DNA of 64,000 nt from Eledone cirrhosa. Lineage: Eukaryota. This document shows, piece after piece, positions 1 to 12,400 of the stretch. Positions within the stretch are counted from its first letter, which is position 1; every line of letters begins with the position of its first letter. Made by a program: the position numbers and the translations under genes. Location of the stretch: contig OZ024741.1 of assembly GCA_964016885.1 (NCBI GenBank), positions 306,714,001 to 306,778,000 of the forward strand, in the 5' to 3' direction. The notes below the pieces were generated by a model. That model saw nothing but the letters and a program-made list of their open reading frames with translations, was not told the origin of the DNA and did not search any database.

Positions 1-2285
1 CTTTTGACAGTAAGGAAGAGCAATTAGAGACGTACAATATAAAGGAGCAGTGGGAATTCTTGAAAGTTAACCTGCTGAAGGTGACAGATGAAATCTGTGG
101 CTGGAGCAGACCTTTAGGGAGGAAGAGAGTAACTTGGTGGTGGAACAGTAGGGTGGAGGAGACAATTAAGGCCAAAATGCATGCTTGGAAAGAATGGCGG
201 GATGGGGGAAATAGAGAACACTATCTGGTGGCTAGGAGAGAAGCTAGGCAACAAGTGTACTTTGCAAGAAGGGAAGCAGAGGATAAAAAGTTCAAGCATG
301 TGAGGTCCAAAAACATTCAAGTTAGTGCTAGTATAGTAAGTAAGGCAATCAAAGATATGAAGATAGGCAAGGCAGCTGGGCATTCGGGGATAGTTGAAAG
401 CATCTGGAATGGTGGGGCATACCATGATAACCCAGATAGTAAACCAAGTAATACAGAATTGTATCATACTAAATGACTGGCATAGCAGCATCATCGTTAA
501 CTGCTAAAAGGGAAAAGGAGGTGCTCTAGAAAGAGAAAACTATAGCGGCATTAAGTTAGTTGACCAGGTCATGAAGGTCACAGAAAAAGTTATAGCATGG
601 CTGATTAGGGACAGAATTGATCTAGAAGAAATGCAGTTTGGGTTTGTGCCAGATAAAAGTACCACAGATGCGCTCTTCCTTGTACAGAAACTACAGAAGT
701 ACCTAGCTGAAAGTAAACCCCTCTACTTAGCTTATGTTGACTTGGAGAAAGCCTTTGACAGAGTCCCCCACTTCCTTATCTGGTGGGCTCTTAGAAAACT
801 AGGAATAGATGAGTGGCTTATGAAAGCTATACAAGCCATGTATAGAGGAACAGTCAGCAAGGTTAGAATTAACAATGAATATAGTGAAGAATTTAGCATA
901 AAAGTAGGTGTTCACCAAGACTCCATCCTTAGCCCCATCTTGTTTATTATTGCCCAACAGGCTATATAAGACTGGCTGCCCATGGGAACTTTTATATGCA
1001 AATGATCTAATTCACATAGCTGAATCTATGGCAGAACTAGAGAAGAAATTCCAAAACTGGAAGCATGACCTAGAATCAAAAGGCCTTAAAGTTAACTTGT
1101 CTAAGACTGAAGTTCTAGTATGTAGAAAAAGTTAACTTATCTAAGACTAAAGTTCTAATGTGTAGAAAGGAAAATAGGGCACAGTTTCCCTCTGGGAAAT
1201 GGCCTTGCTCTGTGTGTAGGAAAGGAGTAGGTAGAAATTATATTCTATGTCCCAAATGCAAGCTATAGGTACATAAAAGATGTAGTGGGATCACAGGCAA
1301 GCTATCAAAGAATGTAGGTTTTATATGTGGCCGATGCTCAGGTGCAATAAGTAGCAAGTGCCCACAGGATACTAGCTCTTTCTACTGCCCAGATGGTTCT
1401 ATAGAAATCGTAGACACTTTCTGTTACCTGGGTGACAAAATCAGCAGTGGAGGAGAGTGTTCTGAAAGTACAGTAGCCAGAATAAGAACAGGATGGAAAA
1501 AGTTCAGAGAGCTAATTCCTCTATTGGCCACAAAAGGTTTCTCTCTAAAAATGAAAAGCAGATTGTATGATGCTTGTATATGAACAGCAATGTTACATGG
1601 CAGTGAGATCTGGGCATTGTGTGCAGAGTGGAAAGAAATTAAGCATGTATGCTCCGATGAATGTGCAATAGTAATATACACAAACAGCAAAGCATAAACG
1701 AACTAAGTGAGAAATTAGGCATAAGAGGGATCAGATGCAGTTTACTAGAGAGGAGATTGCATTGGTATGGTCATGGGATGCATATGAAGGACAACAGCAG
1801 TATGAAAAAGTGCAGACGATCAAAATTGATGGCAGCTAGAGTAGGTAGACCCAGAAAAACCTGGGACAAGGTGATAAAAGCTGACCTTGGACACTTGCAC
1901 CTCTCTAAGACAATAACACAGAATGATATCTTTGGCGCTATGCAGTAATACAGAAGACCTGCCTTCCAATGTGCACGGACTTAAACTTACACTCAGTATA
2001 TATACATCCTACACCTCCCTCCCACTTCCGCCCACCTTACTCTGTAAAGTTATGTTGGTACCACAAAACATCCAGCCCACACTGTAAAGTGGTCATGTAG
2101 GTGTCATGACAAAAAGCACACACTGTAAATGTGGTTTGTGGTTGCTGTTAGGAAGGGCATATAGTCATATAAAACGAGCCAGAAACAGTCCTTTATGAGC
2201 GAGACATGGTCACCCAAACAGACTTGCCTCAAATGGGACAAACTCGTTTAGCGAGGAAGATAAATGTTAAACAATGATGATGATG
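1..2285 (+). mobile_element. Degenerate RTE-clade LINE (RT fragment and 3' end)
   Basis: Broken ORFs 60-1948 with RT motifs ([32 protein letters not shown]), an RTE-type C-terminus (RRLHWYGH...GRPRKTW) and a (GAT)n tail near 2275-2285. Several stops and frameshifts. Confidence 0.9.
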
Positions 2286-2460
2286 AATATATTACACACT
2301 GAATGTTCCCAAACTATTCTTCCCTAAGAACCCCTTTTAATTAAATGAATTTTCCCACAGACTCCTTGCTGCAATTACCCTCCTCCAAAGTTGTTATATG
2401 TTCATAATAACTATCAAAAGAAAGAATGTTTATATTTAAAGAAAAAGAGATGTAATAATT

Positions 2461-2620
2461 GTTTCTACTTTAGGCACAAGGCCAGCAATTACCCAGTGCA
2501 TTACTGGTACTTTATTTTATCGACCCCGTAAGGATGAAAGGCAAAGTTAACCTCGGCGGGATTTGAACTCAGATCGTAAAGGGACGTAACTATGCTGGAA
2601 AGCATGGCGTCCGACCCCTT
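2461..2620 (-). mobile_element. tRNA-derived SINE
   Basis: B-box-like GAGTTCAAATC on the minus strand. The same family recurs at ~15878-16060 and 16081-16248, with fragments at ~3090-3145 and ~16867-16912. Confidence 0.7.
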
Positions 2621-3264
2621 AATAATGTAATGTGTGTATATTATGTTTTTAACAAACTACTTGAAATTGTTATACAGTGAGAATACCAATAAAACGAGAG
2701 AAATGTTTATACTTAGAGAAGGGATACCCAATAGTGTGTATTTATTATGTTTTTTACAAATTACATGATAGTTTGAACAGAGAATAGGAACTGCTGAGGG
2801 TTCACTTTTTACATCTATTTACTTAATTATAAATTTCAAAACATGCTTATTTCTCTCACAAAACCTCTTCTCCAATACCAATAATATTTTCCTAGACCAC
2901 ATACTAAATTTGTTTATATGTTAAGAAAGTAAAAAAAATATATATAAAAAATGTTTTAAATGTTAGTCATATGATTGTTAAATTGTCAGCAATACCATTA
3001 TAATCAAATCTTATGTTACTGAAAAATGTAAATAAAAAATACACACGCAGGACCATTTTATAATTTGTACAGAGTGTATTACTAATAACTGTTTCTACTT
3101 TTAGCACACAAGACCAGCAATTACCAAGTGTGTTACTGGTACTTTACTAATAACACCACAGCACTATAATTATTTTACATTTCATGCTTGATATAAAAAA
3201 AAACAGATTACTCTCATTTATGCATAAACAAAATAATATTTTGGCCTACAAAACAGTTTCAAAA

Positions 3265-3494
3265 TCATCTTTTTGTATCACCTTTGGGTTTAATATCAGC
3301 ATTAGATCCTGTGGATTTAGTATCACCTTTAGATCCTATGGGAAGGCATCTGCTTCCAGTACATTCTACCATTCCTTTCTCCTTGCAACTGCAATTATTA
3401 CATTTATCTGTAGCAGGGAATTGCTGCTCAGTTTTGTACATTTTCCCGTGGTAGAAACATCCCTGGGGCATATTTCTCTTCTGTGTTTGATTTT
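3265..3494 (-). CDS. Probable terminal exon: six-Cys VWC-N/pacifastin-like module plus tail
   Basis: Acceptor taatcttgcag. Encodes [76 protein letters not shown]. Confidence 0.85.
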
Positions 3495-6400
3495 CTGCAA
3501 GATTACAGGAAATGATACTACAAATTTCTAATTTTACATTGATATATGTTGTGACATATGATGTGATTTGTGCATTTTGAAATTGATAGTGCCCATGCAC
3601 AATATTTAAATATATATGAAAATAATAACTATATTTCTTTGATCTAGACATAAACAAATGTCTTTGATATATATAATGGCAATGAAGTAAAAGAACAAAA
3701 TAGTTCGCCATACGTAACTCAACACGTGAAGTCCATAAAGATGTTGAACTTGACGTTGATGAAGGAAATGTGTTTGCTTCAGATACCAATCCTCTTGAGT
3801 TAAAAAAATTAAGGTTAGTTTATAATGAATGTTTATCTTAAACATTTACCACGCTGCTTCATCAGTTCTAACATATTCTTAAATCCACTAGACTCTATCC
3901 ATACCTATTCTGTTCGAATGTTCTCTTAACATAACATCTGCTCCAAGCTCTATTTAAGATTTGTTTACTCTACATTGATGATTTTACGCTTGGATTACCT
4001 GAATACCCAATAGTCAAATATTCTCTCATCCCAAACATTCGCGGCATTAATTCACAGTTTAATACATGATGCTGGGAAGCAGAATATGCTGTTATGATGG
4101 AATACATCCTAGAATGGAAATATAACCACAAATAATAAATGCTATTAATCATTGATAGGAACCTCACAAATATAACGCACCGAAATATACGAGAAGAGCA
4201 AGTGAAAGAAATAAAAATAAAAGGAAACAAAAAAAAAAACACCCAAAACCGACCATCAATTCACTGCCAAATAATTATTTGAATCGGATTAGAAAGAGAG
4301 AAGAAGAAAAAAAAGAACATTTATATGCCTTTGTGCTGCCAAATGATGCCAAAAAGCCATTGACCTGCATCTTTGGTCAAAGAAGGCCATTGGAGCTTCA
4401 CTCACAGAAGCTGATACAGCAGCCAGCTTGACAGCTGATATAGGTAGCAGTTTCAATTACCACCACCATTAACAAGAGGAAGGCAACAACAGCAGCAGTG
4501 ACTATAACAACAATAACATATATGTGTATACACCAATATCTCACCAGCAATCACTACCACTACCATTAACAAGAGGAAGCCAACTCCAGCATCAGTGACA
4601 ATAACAACAACACCAGCAACAACACATATGTTTTCAGGATTGGTAGACTCATCTTTAGCCACATGGTTCTATGAGAAACTGCTAACATGCTCGCATGTGT
4701 GCGTGCTGAACTCTGGGTCTTTCCACTGGGAACAACCCCATGTTTTCTTTTTGTATATTTATTCATTCACTCATTTATTTATTTGCTAACATTCTACCTT
4801 CCCATGTGTCCCCTTCCATGCACCCCCTTCTTTTCTATCTTGTCTTCTGTCATCTCCAGATCTGCTGTAGGTGAGCAGCTACAAGGCTTCACTCATACCA
4901 ACACTTTCCCTTCCACCTACATACAGTTGAGCCCAGCACCCAGGCTGGTGACAACCAACCACTTCCTCGATTGAGAGTGCCCTGGACTCCAATCAAGCCA
5001 GCGACTCTTCTATTTCACCTCATTCACCCTTGACCTCCCCAGCTCTGGCACTGACCGAGGCAGCCTGTTGACAGCAGCCTTTGTCAAGGCCAATGTTTTG
5101 TCCTTTGGGCAAGTGCCCATTCCAAGTATGCTGAAGGACGCCACACACCCTGCTCTCAGACGCCCCCAATCCTCCACCCCGGAGGCCAGTGCCAAGCATT
5201 TGAATGACCTCATAAACACTAAACTAATCATGGGTGATGTGTCAGCCACAGTCAGAGTGGTTGCCTCAGAGGGCACTGTCCTCCAACCCACCGAGGAGGT
5301 ACTGGCTGCCCTGCGATTCAAGCATCCCGCTGGCCTCAGACCCATACCACCACCCGATCCCCATTTGTTCCTTGTGGCTTCCGACGCAGACATCATGTCT
5401 GCCATCAAGTCCTTCCTAGCTAGCAGCAGCGGAGGTATTGATGGTCTCCGACCTGGCCACCTCAAGGACTGCTATCCCCCCCACCTCCACTGAGGTGGGG
5501 TACCGCCTTCTGAGTGCAATTGTGGCACTCACCAATAGGCTTATCCATGGCACCCTGGACCCTCACGCTCGAGGCTTCTTTTATTCGGCTAGCCTGACTA
5601 CTCTCAGGAAGCAGGATGGTGGCATATGCCCCATCGCTCTGGGCAATGTCTTCCGGAGGCTGGCTGCTAAGGTTGTCTGCAGGCACTGGCGGATTGACCT
5701 ATCGGGCAACCGGGCAAATGCCAGAACAGCCGGTGTGCCAGAGGACCGGTGCTGCTGCGAAAATTTTTAACAATATTTTGGTCACTGACACTGCAGCTTG
5801 CAGTGTGGCCGGCCTGCCTGTATGCCAAAGAATGTTAGCACTATGTTGTGTAGCATGGTCATTGGCAGGGCTGGCGCTACTGTTAGGCGAACTAGACGCT
5901 TGCCTAGGGCGCAGGATTTAGAGGGGTGCAAAAAAATACTACAAATGAAAAACGTGTTATGATATAATAATTATTAAAAAGTTATTTACAATAGTTATTT
6001 TTATTAAAAATTATAATAATAACTTATTTTGTTTTAATGTGTAGCGTACATAAATTCCCCCTCGAATTCGTAGAAACTGAATGCTTTCGAATTCTCAGAA
6101 AAAGGTAGCATACATAAATTCTCCCTCGAATTCATAGAAACTGACTACTTGCGAATTCTAGGAATATTGGTTGCTGCTGATTTTCACACTGATTGACCTT
6201 ACTGACCAATCGCAACCAGGCGCGGATCTTCAGTGCAACAGAAAGTCTTAACACTGGAAGACACGCATATTAGTCGTTCCCAACATGTATTTCGTTCAAC
6301 AGATAGTTCTCAAACGAGAACACGGCGTTAATATCAATAGAAAATGAAATAGCTCATCAACTCAACATGGAGGATATTATATCTCAGTTTTCGAAATTAA

Positions 6401-9400
6401 AAGCACACAAAGTTCACATTAAATTCAATTAGTTTTGTCTTTATATTTAGTTTTAAAAATAAATTTCGTTTTAATTACCAGGTTTATTAAATTTTTATTT
6501 AAACTTAATATTAGGGACGCAAATTTGTGTCTATGCCTATAGTGAAATAATAGCTTGCGCCGGCCCTGGTCATTGGTCAGGTCATTGATGAAGTGAAGCA
6601 AGCTTTGCCTGCCTGTCGGCTTGTTATTGTTAATCGATTTTATTCTCACTACCCTCATCTGCCTGTCTGCTTGTCATTTGCTTTCATATAATATAAACAC
6701 GGCCGCTGGCTATCGACATGATTTTTAGTCTTGAGTTTTTGTCTTGACAATAAGGTATGTAGGCCGAAATACTAACTTCATAATGCTATAACGGCGGCGA
6801 AGATTCGAAACCGAATCTGAGCTTTCCCGCTTCTGGGACAAGCCGTGTTAAGTTGTTTATGCTCAAGAGACTAACGCCTTGGGAGAGGCTAAACACAGGT
6901 CAGAGGATATATCCATCTTTCTGACTTGTTTATGCTTGGCAAACTAATCCCTTGGGAGATTCTAACCGAAGTCCAGAGGATATATCTATCCTTCTAACTT
7001 CAACCCTTATAAATACAGGGGTTGTTTACGCCCCGAGAGAAAAGAAGTGATATACAGACAAGACAAGTGGCATTTACAAGCTCTCGTCACAAAATACGAG
7101 TCTGTCACATATTCTCACCTGCCTGGCTGATCGCTGACTCCTACTACTAAAACAAGCAAATATACTGATATGCAAACACGCATTCATAGTAAGTTCACAC
7201 TGTTTGCATCTTCACACGCACCATTTCTGTTTATTTACGTTTGTATCTTTCGGATGCAGTACAAATTATATTATAATCTTATTCAGTGATACTTGTATTT
7301 ACGTGGCTCGAAGACCCACCAAATTATTGTACGAATATTTCGTGTTATTGATTTTATCATTCAATATTCAAATTGAATATTGTTATGATAAAATAAACAT
7401 TGTAACAACACAATCCTGGTATTTTTCTTTACATCAAAACCATCATACCAACAGTTACATCCATCCACTTATCGTTACAACCACACAAATATTCCATTAC
7501 AATGCGTAAAGGTGAATAGGTATTCCATTTCAGAATAGGAAAAAGCAAAAAGGAGGCGCTGAAAAGGAGCGGGAGAAGAAAAGAAAAGCTTTGGTAAGCG
7601 CGGCTGCAACTTCAGCAAAAATTTCTAAGTTTTTTTCGAGTGAAGCACAAACCAGAGCTGCAGGTTCAGAAAGTGATAGCCAATCTGTAGCTGGAATTAC
7701 GACGAGTGATACTAATACCCGACCTGGAGCTGTCAGTGCTACCAAAACTGGAGTTAAAATGATGGTGAGCGATACCCAATTCGGAGCTCAAATTACTGAC
7801 ACTGTAATTAATACTCAAACTCAAGTTGGAATTACTGTAAATGATACTCAATCCGTAGTTGAAAATACTGCTGTGAGTGAGGAAAGAGAACAGTCTCTTG
7901 ATGAGCATTCGGTTGCAACTGTGGATTACTTTGCAGTGCCAAAAACTGCCAGTGACACAAAACGGTTTTTTGCTTACCATCCAGTTCAGCCAAGAAAAAT
8001 TTCAAAGACAAAAGCTAATATCTTTGTGCGACAAAATGGCACTGTTCGTAGTTGGTTGACGTATTCGCAAAGAGAGGAGGCTCTTTTCTGCACTGTGTGC
8101 TTAGCTTATTCCAAAGATACTGAACACAGTTCCTTCATAAATGGAATGAAAGACTGGAGACATGTTCATCAGAGAATTGAGGAACATGAAAAATGCAGGT
8201 ACGACAATGACTGTGCAGAAACTCATTTTATCACTGTCAATGAGAAGGATGTCAGGGTTCAATTATTTGCTAAAGAGAGAAGCCTACGCAAAGAAAAAAT
8301 TCAGAACAACAGGGAAGTAATGCAACGTGTAGTTGACATTGTTAAAGTAATTGGAAAACGGGGTCTTAGCTACCGTGGATCATCTTCTGAATCTGAGTCA
8401 GCATATGGGTTAGATAATCCTATTCCTGATCACGGCACCTTCTTAGAACTGGTTTTGCTTCTCAGTAAGTATGACATCCTCCTAAAAGATCATCTGGAAA
8501 AGGTGATCAAACAGAGTAAGAAAGCACATGACGCAGGCAGTAAAGGTCGTGGTAGCTCTTTGACTCTGATTTCAAAGACAACAGTTAATCTTGTCATTAT
8601 GGCCATTTCTTCCCTGATTAAAAGTGTTATTGTTGATGAAGTTCGACAAGCTGGCATGTTTTCGGTCCAACTGGATACAACCCAAGATGTTTCAGTGAAA
8701 GACCAATGCTCCATAATTCTTCGATACGTCTTTGAAAATCAGATTTATGAACACAGTTGTGAACACCTCGGATTCCACTGGAAAAGGGATGTGCGAACTG
8801 CTGAAAAAGACACTGGAGGAGAATAATATTGGTATTGGGAATTGCGTCTCAAATTCAACTGATGGAGCGTCAAACATGCAAGGCATATATAATGGTTTTA
8901 CAGCTTGGTTGACGAAAGAAGCTCCTGGACAGATTCATACATGGTGCAACGCACATATACTAAATTTGGTCATACATGATGCTACTCAGAATATTCTGGC
9001 TTCGTCGTCACTATTTTCACTGATGAATAAAGTTGCTGTCTTTTTCCGAGAATCGTACAAACGCATGGATATTTGGGAGAACATCAGCAAAAATCTCAGA
9101 AAGAAGCGTCTTCAGATGATCGGAGAAACAAGGTGGTGGGCTAAACATGCTGCTATTTCCAAAGTATTTGGCTGTTTCACAAACGCTAACCCTGATAATA
9201 ATCTTTACGTGTCTATTGAAGAGAATGAACAAGCCCAGCCAGATATATGAGCAAAGGCCAGATCCCTCAACGATTCACTACTGAAGTATGAAACTGTTAT
9301 GACAGCTTTTACGTATCTTAGAATATTTGAATTGACCACACCATTGTCAAAATATCTCCAGACTAGTGGCATGGATGTTCTTAAAGCGCATCAGTTTATA

Positions 9401-12400
9401 ATGAGATCGATAACTGAAGTGCAAAACATACAGAGAGATGTAGAAGGGGTTCATCATGCTGTGTCAGAATTTATTGATTGGACTTCCAAAAAACTGGAAG
9501 AACGTTGTGAAGCTGATGGGATTGAAACTGTTTTGACGCCTCAAGACTCCTTTCCAGAAAAAAGAGAATGCCAGGAGAAAATGGAAAAGACGAACCTATA
9601 GCCGACGCAATGGAAGATTTTACTGTGATTGTACATAATAAGATCACAGATCAAGTAGTCCAAAGCTTGAAATCGAGATTTGAATCGAATGGTTCAATTT
9701 ACAGAGATATGGCATGTTTATCGCCACTGAATTTTAGTGATATAGCCACCTGTCTGCCTCAGGATGCATTGGAAACATTAAGTAGCCTACTTCTTTGTTT
9801 TGAACCGAGTACAACGAAAGAGAACTTACAACTTGAACTGATTAATCTTGCAAAAAATTGGAGCAGCCTTCGCAAAGGACTTCCTGAAGAATATGCCGCT
9901 GCCACTGCCAGACAATATGAGGATGAAGATGAAAGTGAGCAAGTGGTTTCAACGGTTTGTAAGCATTGTAAAAATTGTGCAGTGTGCGTTTATCAGACTC
10001 TGCAGGCTTACAACCTTTTGACTGATGCGTATGGACTAATAGGATTAGCTTATAAATTGATGTTGACTCTATCAACGACGCAAGTTGCCTGTGAAGGTTC
10101 CTTCTCAACTTTGAAGTTTGTGAAGAACCGTCTAAGAAGTACACTAACTGAAAAGCATTTGGATGCTCTCATGCTCATGTGTGTAGAAAAAGATGTGCTT
10201 AGTCAGGTGGACTACCAGGATGTTATTGACAAAGTTGCTGAAAACAGTGACCTACTTAAGAAAAACTTGACTTTTTAACTGCTTTGTGTAAATTGTTTTC
10301 TTTTAAAAAACATTCTTTTTCAAAAAAACATTTATTTAATTTTGTTTATAAGGCCGGTTGCTTTGGATTTGCCAGGGCCGATTTTAAATCCCAATCCGCC
10401 CTTGTCTGCAGGTCCATAACACCTGAACTATGTGAGGAGTTCAGTCCGGTGCAACTGGGTGTCAGCATATCTGGTGGTTGTGAGGGGGCCGCACATGCAA
10501 CCAGGTAGTTCTTCAACAGCTGCCCACCAGGACCGGCATCCAGGGACTCCAGACTCCTCATTGTAAAGCTTGACATGAAGACTGCTTTTAACTGCATATA
10601 CCCGGACCATCTGCTCGATGCCTGCCTCAGCTGAGCCCCCTCTGCCTACACGCTGGCTTACTTGTCATATGGAGCCCCGAGGATGCTCCTTGCTGCTGAT
10701 TACGTCATACCTTCAGCCACTGGAGTCCAACAGGGCGACCCTTTGGGCCCCATCCTGTTTGCCCTTGGTATAGACCACATTGCCTAGAGTATCACAGCCC
10801 CTCTCAACGTTTGGCATCTGGATGATGCTACGTTGGGCGGGCCCGTAGAGACTATCTGACATGACCTACAATCTGTGGTTCCTGCCCTGGCGAGAATTGG
10901 CCTACAGGTCAACTCGTCCAAGTCGGAGGTGGTGAATGTCAGCCACGATGCTGAGATCTTTGCAACCTCCGTCTCAGATGTGCAGTCCATTCTCCACCAG
11001 GTACAGGTGACCTCCAAAGAGGATGTCCTCATCCTCGGGTCACCAATCCATCCGCCGGCCATCCACTCCATCATCACGTCCAGGCTTCAGCAACTCCAGA
11101 CCCTCATGAGCCGACTGGGCTTGATCGACGGCCATCCAGCTCTCTTCCTGTTGAGGACCTGCTTCGCCATGCCGAAGCTCCTCTATACCCTTCACAACGC
11201 TCCATGCTACACCCACGCATCTCTCCTCGCTGACCTCGATACTTGCATCCGAGCAGCAGCCAAGGAGATATACAATGTCAGGTTTGATGACATTGGATGG
11301 CAACAGGCCACTTTACCTCTCAGATATGGCGGCCTTGGCCTCTGGTCCCCAATCTCGCTGGCTTTGCCGGCGTTTCTTTTGTCAGTAACCTCATGCTGCA
11401 TGGGTTCTCCAAAACACAATGGAATCCTCTGTGATTAGGGAATGTGAGGCCACCTGTGAGACGTGAGATCGGCTGGGATTTAGCCCAGTAGACGTCCCTA
11501 CTCCTTCTCCCCCTGCTAACGTCAAGTCCCCCCAAAGCATTTGGGATGCCATCCAGTGTAGCCTGACCTCAGACAGGCTCACGCACCAGCTTGACCAGCA
11601 CCACCTTGCCTGTTTTCGTGTGGCCTCCAAACTCCACAGTGATGCCTGGCTTCATGCCTTGCCCTCCTTCTCCACAGGATAATGATAGCCTACGCATCGG
11701 TGTTTCCTTGAGACTTGGCCCCCGGATCTACGAGCCACACAAATGTCGCTGTGGATCCACCATGGACTCTTTCAGCCTCCACCCGCTTTCCTGTCGCCAC
11801 AGTGCTGGCTTCCCACAATGAGGTCATAAATGGGTGCTGCAGGCTTCCCTTCCCAGCTTGAGCCAGTGGGGCTGGACCGAGGGTATGGCAAAAGGCCAGA
11901 CGGCATGACCATCTTCCCGTTCCGCAGTGGCAAACCCTTGTCTGGGATGCCACTTGCGACACTTTCTCCAGCTGCAACCTGGTGCAGTCTGTGACTAACC
12001 CAGGTTCTGCTGCATGTCTGGCTAAGGAGGTCAAACTCTCCAAGTACCAGTCACTCTCCAGCAGGTTTGCGGTGGAGACTTCTGGTATCCCTCGCCCTAG
12101 GGCTATGCCTTACTCACCACCATAGATGCTGAACTGGCCAGCCGCAGGTGTGAGCCTCGCGAGTTGGAATAGTTCTTCCAGCACATCTCCCTTATCATCC
12201 TCTGGAGAATGCCTTCTCCATTCTGTCTGCCGGGGCTCTGGGGAGACCAGCACGTGGGACCTCATTTGTTCACCTTACGGAGAGATGGGAAGGGCCAGAG
12301 AGATGGAGGCGATGACAGTGGGAGTTCGGTTGTTTTTTCATGTTTGCTTAGGTTACAATTGCATTGTGATATCACCCTTGCTTGCTGACAGATTTGTAAT

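Larger units (their letters stand above)
5684..10404 (+). mobile_element. hAT DNA transposon (ZMYM1-like transposase)
   Basis: 8-bp TSD tctgcagg at 5676-5683 and 10405-10412. Imperfect TIRs cactggcggattg / caatccgcccttg. Confidence 0.92.
4850..12290 (+). mobile_element. Degenerate CRE/NeSL-like non-LTR retrotransposon (RT plus restriction-like endonuclease), split by a hAT insertion
   Basis: [13 protein letters not shown] and [17 protein letters not shown] on the left continue as RSITPEL...[38 protein letters not shown] and LVWDATC on the right. Outer ends are approximate. Confidence 0.85.

Noticed and set aside
4453-4662. Hydrophobic Val/Cys-rich ORF
   Set aside because: Translation of a decayed (CAA/CAG/CAC)n microsatellite.
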